From an uncultured virus (IMG/VR IMGVR_UViG_3300002220_000736) (Duplodnaviria; Heunggongvirae; Uroviricota; Caudoviricetes), in the IMG/VR virus record IMGVR_UViG_3300002220_000736: a DNA stretch of 64,000 bases, one strand, 5' to 3'. Position 1 is the stretch's first letter, and each line of letters begins with the position of its first letter. Shown in pieces: positions 56,893 to 64,000 of this stretch. The notes below the pieces were generated by a model that was not told where the DNA came from, made no database searches, and saw nothing but the letters and a program-made list of their open reading frames with translations. The position numbers were made by a program, and so were the translations under genes.

Positions 56893-59445
56893 TTAAAATT
56901 TTCTAACAAAACGAAAATAAATAGTTGTGTGTGTTTTTTGCCAATAAGTAGAATACCCATTATTGTACCCGCCATAAATTACAATAGGGGTGACTAAGGA
57001 ACTAAAATCAATAGCGTAACAATATTTGTAAGCTCGCCCCCACCCATAAGGTTCAGTAGATGTCCAATAATGAAATTTTTCAAAACCTCCTATAACATCA
57101 CGATTAGCCCAAATTGCTTTCAATTCATTGTAACTAGGTAAAAACCAATCATTATAAAAGTTATTTACCCTATAAGGAACTAATTTAGACAATCCTTGTT
57201 GCCCTTGTCTTGGGTTCGCCAAAATTGCTTCGGTATTGGCAAAACCACCACCAATTATGATTCTGTTTGCATCACTTGTGTAAGGTCCACCTCCTGAAGT
57301 TACACCAATCCTATCACGGTATTGATAATCAGAAACAATAAGACCATGAATTTGTCCTGCAATATAACCATCATCCCCAGGTTGAAAAATGTAGCCAATA
57401 GTGCCTCCACCATATTTACTCCCCACAACTAAATTTAGAGTAGTAAATGAATAAGTTCCACTTAGGATAGACGGCAAAGTAGCGTACACAACATTGCCTT
57501 CCCCATCAATGGCGTACGCACGAACATAGTAAAGCGTGTTAGGGTTCAACCCTGTCATTCGACTATTAAATGTTCCAAAACCAGTACCATTGATTGTATG
57601 AGGATCAGCTATTGTAGGAGGATTATTTGTTGAACTATAACAAACCCCTCTTTGATTCACAACAGTTCCATCAGCTAAAATACCCCAACGTTCTGTTCTT
57701 TTGTCAAGGTCAGTTCCACGAAGAATGGAATTTTTATATGAATAACTTTTTGAATCGTATAAATCTAAAGAAATAGATTCTTTATTCACAAAGTTCGGTT
57801 CAAAAGTTCCTTCAATAACATTGGCTTGAATATTTCCTGTTTCGGAAACAATAAAATCACCAAAGTATGCCCACTGTACTTGAAACATCATTGGGTTTTC
57901 AGCATCATAATCATCAGGAAAATTAGCCTGTTCCCATTGTTTTTGTTCTTCCGATTGTTCGGTAAGATACATTGTTACAGCCCCAAAACCAATAGTTATT
58001 AATTGATCCCCACTTAGATTTCCTAAAAGATAATCTGGATTAAAGACATCATATTTTTCAACTAAGCCTAATGGAATTGATATGTTTACATTGACACTTT
58101 GTGTTGTTGATTCAAAAGAAGAACCACTGATTTCCACATATTGAACAAAGCTTTCAGATGTTTCAGAGTATTCTGTCCTATAAGTTTTTTCATCCTCTTC
58201 CGATTCATTCGCTACAATATATAAATGCTCCGGATTGATCCGTACATAATAATGAAAACGAAATGTGTAATCTTTGAAACGCCATGTATTTTCAGGAAAA
58301 GGTTTTCCAGTTATCACATACCCAAATTGAATTTCTATGGAAGTATCCTCAGATAAAACTGTGGTTTTTATTGTCGTGGATAAGCCTTCAGATATTGGGT
58401 AAGGTACAAAAGAAGAAGCTGGACGCCTGTAAATAGCATTATTAAGTACAGAATAAGGCTGACCAGCATTATCCCAAAGAATATCCGATTGTACCCATGT
58501 TCTAACTTCAGGTGTATTTTCCGGATCTCCATCAAAAACAACGCCTGATAAATCACCATTTACTAGATTTTCAAATCTTTTATCTTGTAAGTCAATTCGT
58601 AGTTTCTTTATTCCAGGATTTACAGCTAACGTTTGTGCCGTTTCAGTAAACACAAGATCATGAACTTCTAAAACAGTATTTGTTATAGGAACAACATCAC
58701 CAGATGCCGGAACTAAAGAAATTATAGAGTACTCCACATAATCAACCGAAGTATTCCAAATATCTGAATAACGTTCAATGTACCAAAAATCATCAAACCA
58801 ATATAAAACACAATTAAAGGATATTAATATTGTTTTTAGTATTTCTAAACTGGTTGTTCTTTCTACATTATCCTCCCAAAACAATTCTGTGAAAACTCCA
58901 TTTTTATCAAAAAGAGTATACCCAGCTTCTAAGGTGTCCCCTTCTGCACGTAAAATAGAATTAATGCGTATAGGAAAATCTGCTCCAGTTGATCTTAGAA
59001 TTTCATCAATAATTTCAATAAATGTGATGTTCTTTAACGTGTCGATACTTACAGGATGTTCATCTTGCAACTTGGACAGGAAACCACTGGCAACAAAATT
59101 AATAGATTGTCTTTTTAGATATTTTTGGTAAACTTGATCACAATTTAAAAAGCCTGTGAATAAAGAAATAGTTTCTGGTTCGATTGTAACTACTCTAACC
59201 TTGTATTCCCTTTCTTTAGCATACATTAAAGGAAGAAGGGTGAAAAAGTCTGTTTCTAAATTCATTAAAGAAAATTCCAATGTCATCCCTAACAATGGTT
59301 GTTGTGTATTTGTAGTTATGGAAAACCCATCTCTTTTTAAAACTAATTCGGAAGAAGTTCCTGCATAATCAATTTTATCTATATACAAATACCCTTTCTT
59401 AGTATCTGAATGCCATCCTGAATAATATATATTTCCGTATGCCAT
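56893..59445 (-). CDS. Tail (distal/hub) protein fused to partial FN3 + DUF1566-like C-type lectin domain
   Basis: Follows TMP; RGVCYS...TGLNPNTLYYVRAYA; DWFLPSYNEL, YWTSTE, RFVRKF. Confidence 0.8.
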   Translation of the reverse strand: MAYGNIYYSGWHSDTKKGYLYIDKIDYAGTSSELVLKRDGFSITTNTQQPLLGMTLEFSLMNLETDFFTLLPLMYAKEREYKVRVVTIEPETISLFTGFLNCDQVYQKYLKRQSINFVASGFLSKLQDEHPVSIDTLKNITFIEIIDEILRSTGADFPIRINSILRAEGDTLEAGYTLFDKNGVFTELFWEDNVERTTSLEILKTILISFNCVLYWFDDFWYIERYSDIWNTSVDYVEYSIISLVPASGDVVPITNTVLEVHDLVFTETAQTLAVNPGIKKLRIDLQDKRFENLVNGDLSGVVFDGDPENTPEVRTWVQSDILWDNAGQPYSVLNNAIYRRPASSFVPYPISEGLSTTIKTTVLSEDTSIEIQFGYVITGKPFPENTWRFKDYTFRFHYYVRINPEHLYIVANESEEDEKTYRTEYSETSESFVQYVEISGSSFESTTQSVNVNISIPLGLVEKYDVFNPDYLLGNLSGDQLITIGFGAVTMYLTEQSEEQKQWEQANFPDDYDAENPMMFQVQWAYFGDFIVSETGNIQANVIEGTFEPNFVNKESISLDLYDSKSYSYKNSILRGTDLDKRTERWGILADGTVVNQRGVCYSSTNNPPTIADPHTINGTGFGTFNSRMTGLNPNTLYYVRAYAIDGEGNVVYATLPSILSGTYSFTTLNLVVGSKYGGGTIGYIFQPGDDGYIAGQIHGLIVSDYQYRDRIGVTSGGGPYTSDANRIIIGGGFANTEAILANPRQGQQGLSKLVPYRVNNFYNDWFLPSYNELKAIWANRDVIGGFEKFHYWTSTEPYGWGRAYKYCYAIDFSSLVTPIVIYGGYNNGYSTYWQKTHTTIYFRFVRKF

Positions 59446-59447
59446 TT

Positions 59448-62400
59448 TTAGAATGATTTTTGAAATTTACCCATTTCATTTAAAATACCAACAAGTTCCC
59501 GTCCTTCTATTACAAACCTAACTTCTTGTTTATTATTTCCACTATCTTTCCCGAAGATTTCAGACACTTTGTTCAAAGGTATTACCGTTTCGCCACTTGT
59601 AAGCATAGCTGGGAAGGAATCGTTAGGAAACCCACTAGGAACCATTCCGCCAGTTGCCATACCAGTAGCTTTAGATTTTTTAGAAGAGTTTGAAGATAAA
59701 GCAATGGCAATAGCAGCAATTCCAGCAAGTGCCAACCCAATTCCAACAATAGGTATCCACGCAACCGAACTAGCAGCCCCAGCAACAGCAGCACTTGTAG
59801 AAGCAGCAGCTTTTGTTGTTTCCGCACCGGCAGCAGCTAATGTGATAGGTATACCGCTTGCAGTTGCTATGTTCTTTGCTTTTTCAGCAGCAGCCGATAA
59901 CTTTGTGACTTTTGTAATAGCTTCTATAACACGAAGTACCCCAGATATGATTTGAGCACCTTCTTGAAAAATACCAAAAAGTTCCTGAAAACTATCTCCC
60001 ATGTATTTAGCAACAGTATTTGCCAAAGACCCTAAAGAAGAAAACAAACTTTTCCAAGCTGATAAAAGTTGTGTGCTTTGATTTACTGTTTCATTTAACT
60101 CATTGAATTTTTTTATCATTTGCTGAACAAGGTCTATTTGTTCAGGCGACATCAAATCCATTTTTTCCTTACTTGTTAAAGTATCTAACGCCCCTTGAAG
60201 GATACTGACATCTTGTGCAGCCTTGTTGTACCCATCCCCTAATATATTGGCAATGTCCGCATTATCCTGCAATGCTTTATTTGTGTTGGAAAAAACTGCA
60301 TTAAGTTCTTCCGATTCTGCTATTGTTTTTGCAAACAGATTTCCTTTAGCTATCCTTTTGTCTAAATTAGATAAATCAAAAAATTGTGGGGATGTTTCCT
60401 TTATTTGTTTCATAGCTGGGCTATCTTCTACTTTTTTCTTGGTCGGATAAAATGTTTCTACTGATACCCCTAATGGTTTTATAGGGGCGTTGTCAAATTG
60501 TGCCTTAGCTTGGTTGATCAATTCATCCTGTTTCTTTTGGATTTTGTCCAAAGCAAACCATTCACGGGATAGTTGTTTCAATCTTTTTCCTGATGCTGTA
60601 TCCATCAAGGTCGTTAAAGCACTTATTTGTTCTGCTAATGTTTTTACTTCTTTTCCTGAATCAGTAGCACCAACAACAATTGGTTTTCCTGTTGCTTTAT
60701 CAATAGCAACAGTTATTTCATCAATCACTTTAATTTGATCTTTTCCTCCTTCAACTACTTTTTGTGTTTCATCATACATTTTGTTTAAGTAGGCCGTTTG
60801 AAGCACATAATTTTTCCTACTTTTTTCTGCTTGTTTATCCTCAGCCTGTTCTACTAATTCAACACCAGTTCTTACAAAAGATAAAGCCCCAACTACTTGT
60901 AATAAAACACCTTTCACTTTATTGATTTTCCTATCATCACCACTCATGGTACTTGACAGGTAATCCTTTTCCACGGATACTTGTTTTTGCTGGATAGCTT
61001 CTAACTTAGCTTTATTCCTAAGACTTTCTACATAAGTGTTTATTGCAGTAGTTGCAGCAACCGTTTTTAAAGTTTCAGAATCAATAAAACCCAAGTATTC
61101 AGGAGATATAGAATTTATTTGTCTTATGGCAGATTCCCTTGCTTGCTTGCTTGCATTTTCACTATTAGCCAAACGCAACAAGTTAGTTAATGCGACCTTT
61201 TCTTGTATAATGTTTTTGTTTGCCTGTTCCATTACATCTGACAAAATTTGTTGTGTTGCCGATGCTTTTTTAGCAGATGATGTGAATAACATGAAAGCAG
61301 CCGAAGCAAATAAAATTGCTTGTAAAAGAAACATTAAAGGGTGTGCAGAAAAAGCAGCCCACAAACGCAAGACAACTCCAGTTAAGAAAGTCAAAGCCCC
61401 AATCAACGCTGTGACAGCCCCTTGAAGTAATCCTAAAATAAGCAAAACAGGGCCAAGAGCAGCAAGAATTCCTGCCCAAAGTATGATAGTTTTTTGTTGT
61501 GATGATGTTAGATTTGAAAAACTATTTGCAAGCCTTTCAATAAACCTAGCAACTGATTGTATCAATCCTATTAATGGCTCTCTAATAGCTTCCCCTATTT
61601 TAACCAAAGATGCTTGCATACTTGAAACCGACCTATTCCAACGATCCATAACAGTACCAGTGATAGACTGTATCCCATCAGCTAAAGATCCTGCCGAATT
61701 TTTGGTTGCATCTAGCACCTTTACCAAATTTGAAAAGTTTGGCCCCATCATATCCAATACAGGAAGTAAGGCTCTAATATTGGTGAAAACATCTCCTAAA
61801 ACAGTAATATTGTCTTCATACGCTTTTGTGTTTTGTAGGACGTCTAAAGTGTTGCCCCCTACCATCTTTTTCAAAGCTTCGACAAAAGCAAGCATACCAT
61901 CATCACGTAAAACTTTACGTAAATGAGCAAAAGAAATGCCCACCTTTTCCAAAGCAGCTTCCGCTCTAGGAGGCTGTTGTACTAATGTTGTGAACAAACG
62001 TGCCATTTGGGTGGAAGCTTCAGCAGCACTTTTTCCTGATAATGTCAAAGTAGCTAAAGACCCTGCAACTTCATCAAATTCAACACCTAACTGAACAGCT
62101 AAAGGCATCACCTTTCCTATTACTCTTCCTAAAGCATCTGCCTCCCCTTTACCTTCACGTACCGCAGCAACTAAAATATCAGTTGCTTGCCCTGCCGTGA
62201 TAGCAGTATGCCCATAAGCATTTAAAACACTGGTTACAGCATCAGCAACAGCTTTAGTATCACCAAGACCAATTCTAGCAGCATCAGCAGATTTCTTTAA
62301 AATGTCCATTGCTAATGCAGTTTCCCTTATACCAGAAGACCCTATGAAATATAAACCTTCCGCTAGTTCTTTAGGGGCTTTTCCTACTTTGCCAGCAAGA

Positions 62401-62714
62401 TTTAAAAGTTCATTGGACATGTCGTGTATTTGGCTTCCTGTAAAATTCGTCAAAGCTGCCATTTTTCCTAAAACTTGCTCGAATTTTGCAAACGACGTCA
62501 CAGCAGCCCCACCAAGTAATGACATAGGAACGGTAACAAATTGTGTCAACATTGTTCCTGTCAACATCATTTGAGAACCCAAAGATTTAAAGGAAGCATT
62601 CATTGCTGCATTAGATCCGATCACCTGTGATTCAAACCGCCTCATGTTCACAGCAGCGCGTGAAAGCCCTGCGGTATTTACTCCTAACATTACCTCAAAA
62701 GATCCTAGATTCAT
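59448..62714 (-). CDS. Tail tape measure protein
   Basis: 1088 aa, Ala-rich helical, TM segments, MATGGMV...AMLTSGETVIP. Confidence 0.93.
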   Translation of the reverse strand: MNLGSFEVMLGVNTAGLSRAAVNMRRFESQVIGSNAAMNASFKSLGSQMMLTGTMLTQFVTVPMSLLGGAAVTSFAKFEQVLGKMAALTNFTGSQIHDMSNELLNLAGKVGKAPKELAEGLYFIGSSGIRETALAMDILKKSADAARIGLGDTKAVADAVTSVLNAYGHTAITAGQATDILVAAVREGKGEADALGRVIGKVMPLAVQLGVEFDEVAGSLATLTLSGKSAAEASTQMARLFTTLVQQPPRAEAALEKVGISFAHLRKVLRDDGMLAFVEALKKMVGGNTLDVLQNTKAYEDNITVLGDVFTNIRALLPVLDMMGPNFSNLVKVLDATKNSAGSLADGIQSITGTVMDRWNRSVSSMQASLVKIGEAIREPLIGLIQSVARFIERLANSFSNLTSSQQKTIILWAGILAALGPVLLILGLLQGAVTALIGALTFLTGVVLRLWAAFSAHPLMFLLQAILFASAAFMLFTSSAKKASATQQILSDVMEQANKNIIQEKVALTNLLRLANSENASKQARESAIRQINSISPEYLGFIDSETLKTVAATTAINTYVESLRNKAKLEAIQQKQVSVEKDYLSSTMSGDDRKINKVKGVLLQVVGALSFVRTGVELVEQAEDKQAEKSRKNYVLQTAYLNKMYDETQKVVEGGKDQIKVIDEITVAIDKATGKPIVVGATDSGKEVKTLAEQISALTTLMDTASGKRLKQLSREWFALDKIQKKQDELINQAKAQFDNAPIKPLGVSVETFYPTKKKVEDSPAMKQIKETSPQFFDLSNLDKRIAKGNLFAKTIAESEELNAVFSNTNKALQDNADIANILGDGYNKAAQDVSILQGALDTLTSKEKMDLMSPEQIDLVQQMIKKFNELNETVNQSTQLLSAWKSLFSSLGSLANTVAKYMGDSFQELFGIFQEGAQIISGVLRVIEAITKVTKLSAAAEKAKNIATASGIPITLAAAGAETTKAAASTSAAVAGAASSVAWIPIVGIGLALAGIAAIAIALSSNSSKKSKATGMATGGMVPSGFPNDSFPAMLTSGETVIPLNKVSEIFGKDSGNNKQEVRFVIEGRELVGILNEMGKFQKSF

Positions 62715-63100
62715 TTCTTGATTTTTATAGTGCTTTGTCTTTCCTTGTCTTCTTGTACTTTCTTATTGAAAGCTGCAAAAAATTGCTTGATCTGTTCAGC
62801 CGACATAACATCAGGCTCTTCCTCTATTCCCGTCCAGTTAGGTACAAAGTCCTCCACTTTGAACTGTTTAGCATTTTTAGTACCCGAAAAACCAAGGGCT
62901 ATATTGTGTAAAGATGTCATGAAATGGGAGAAGTACACATCTAAACGCCTATGTCCTATTGGTTGTATCCTGTTGAAAGCTTCCCATTCTGTTATTTGAG
63001 AAGCTGTTAAGTTGTTCAACAATTCATCAGGATGTGAGTACCCCAAAGCTAAGCACAGTTCAAATTGGAAAACCCTAGCAGGACGGGCTAGGAGTTTTTT
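62711..63100 (-). CDS. Tail assembly chaperone, -1 frameshift extension (gpT-like)
   Basis: -1 frame from the slippery site reads KLLARPARVFQFELCLALGYSHPDELL...ITEWEAF. Confidence 0.8.
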   Translation of the reverse strand, partial: KKLLARPARVFQFELCLALGYSHPDELLNNLTASQITEWEAFNRIQPIGHRRLDVYFSHFMTSLHNIALGFSGTKNAKQFKVEDFVPNWTGIEEEPDVMSAEQIKQFFAAFNKKVQEDKERQSTIKIKK

Positions 63101-63528
63101 ACAATTTCTTCCCTATCTTCTTCCGTGATAGCATTTAGACGTTGTGCCACGTCAACAATTTTTTCCAATTTGGCTGCGCTGATGTTCATTGCAAACTGCT
63201 TGTAATCATTTGGCCGGAACAACAGTTCGCCTTTTTCATCACAAACGCACACAACGGCCAGCTTTGCCCGATAATCATCAAGGGTAACATCGTACTGAAC
63301 TTTTTTGCCCTGACCTGATTTTTCAACCTGCGACAATTCCCAAATACTTTTTTCATGTCCTGTCATTTGACGAACGAACACATAATCTTCCTCAACAACA
63401 GCTTCTTTCACAACTGTGCCATTTTCCTGTGATAATACTTCTGGTTCTACAACCCTTGTATCCAATACAACTTTTTCACTTTTCAATGTGTCCTTAGACA
63501 TCAACTCTGCTTTTCCTAATAGTGCCAT
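63088..63528 (-). CDS. Tail assembly chaperone (gpG-like)
   Basis: Between tube and TMP; ends IVKNS. Confidence 0.85.
   Translation of the reverse strand: MALLGKAELMSKDTLKSEKVVLDTRVVEPEVLSQENGTVVKEAVVEEDYVFVRQMTGHEKSIWELSQVEKSGQGKKVQYDVTLDDYRAKLAVVCVCDEKGELLFRPNDYKQFAMNISAAKLEKIVDVAQRLNAITEEDREEIVKNS
63094..63100 (-). promoter_or_regulatory. Programmed -1 frameshift slippery heptamer A AAA AAC
   Basis: GTA AAA AAC TCC TAG at end of chaperone. Confidence 0.85.
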
Positions 63529-63583
63529 TTTGATTATTTTTTAATAATTTGTAAAACAATTCATGATTAGAATTTTTCAATAA

Positions 63584-64000
63584 TTAGCTACCTGAACCAG
63601 AACCCTGATCCTGAGTAACTTCACCGGATACTTTAATTGTTACTTCAGAAGTCACAGCATCATCAAACGTTACGTTGATTGGAAGATCCTGTACATAACC
63701 GCTGAACTCAATAGAAGAACCATCCGACAACAAAATTTCATAATTGATAAGCACATCACTTTGAAAATCCTGTTTCAAAAGCAAGTACCCAGCAAATGTG
63801 TAGTTCATTGACAGGGTAACAGTTCCACCATCCCTGAAAGATGGAATAAATTCACGATAACCGCCAGTAGAATCAAGATTTGTTACATCTATCATCTCCC
63901 TTGACATAGTTGGTCCTGAAATGGTTTTTACTTCTGCAACGGCTTCCCAGATGCCTGAAGTAACATTCCATCTTCTAAATTTTGATCCAACCCCACTAAA
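63584..64000 (-). CDS. Major tail tube protein (5' end outside window)
   Basis: Frame open to window edge; REMIDVTNLDSTGGYREFI, TIKVSG. Confidence 0.9.
   Translation of the reverse strand, partial: FSGVGSKFRRWNVTSGIWEAVAEVKTISGPTMSREMIDVTNLDSTGGYREFIPSFRDGGTVTLSMNYTFAGYLLLKQDFQSDVLINYEILLSDGSSIEFSGYVQDLPINVTFDDAVTSEVTIKVSGEVTQDQGSGSGS

Noticed and set aside
56893..57450. Diversity-generating retroelement target (DUF1566-like C-terminus)
   Set aside because: No reverse transcriptase and no template-repeat copy of the 3' end were seen in the window; the unseen remainder of the genome was not checked
63074..63092. Hairpin CCTAGC/GCTAGG as frameshift stimulator
   Set aside because: It starts only 1 nt after the slippery site, too close for the usual 5-9 nt spacing
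1..64000. Stop-codon reassignment, tRNA genes, integrase/att sites
   Set aside because: Core genes are intact in the standard code and use all three stops; no cloverleaf or recombinase was recognised by eye

Overview
The window is almost the whole genome of a tailed dsDNA phage. It is probably a siphovirus of a Bacteroidota host, judged from TTTG-N19-21-TAnnTTTG promoters and AT-rich translation starts. The minus-strand head and packaging module occupies 1-10127: DUF2213 protease/scaffold, minor head protein, portal, terL, terS, and interspersed lectin/sialidase and beta-helix genes. A ~1.3 kb non-coding divergence region follows. The plus-strand early and replication arm runs 11394-52340. 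It encodes a SNF2 helicase with a class 3 intein, an AAA+/vWA module, primase, initiator plus DnaC, helicase, clamp and loader, a split UDG-exo/PolA, three methyltransferases, SSB, RecA, RuvC, an HNH endonuclease and a split SbcCD. The minus-strand lysis and tail module fills 52341-64000. Four signals stand out. (1) Three self-cleaving ribozymes (two hammerheads, one P3-type twister) plus further structured RNAs punctuate the early operon. (2) An FN3-lectin gene appears circularly permuted into a tail gene, so one FN3 domain and one tail protein are each split across two ORFs. (3) A kissing-loop leader precedes the replication initiator. (4) Two very acidic proteins share a repeated helical domain, and many other proteins carry KRTR/KRKR motifs. 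No tRNA, CRISPR array, integrase or reverse transcriptase was seen. All protein family calls come from motif recognition, not database searches.
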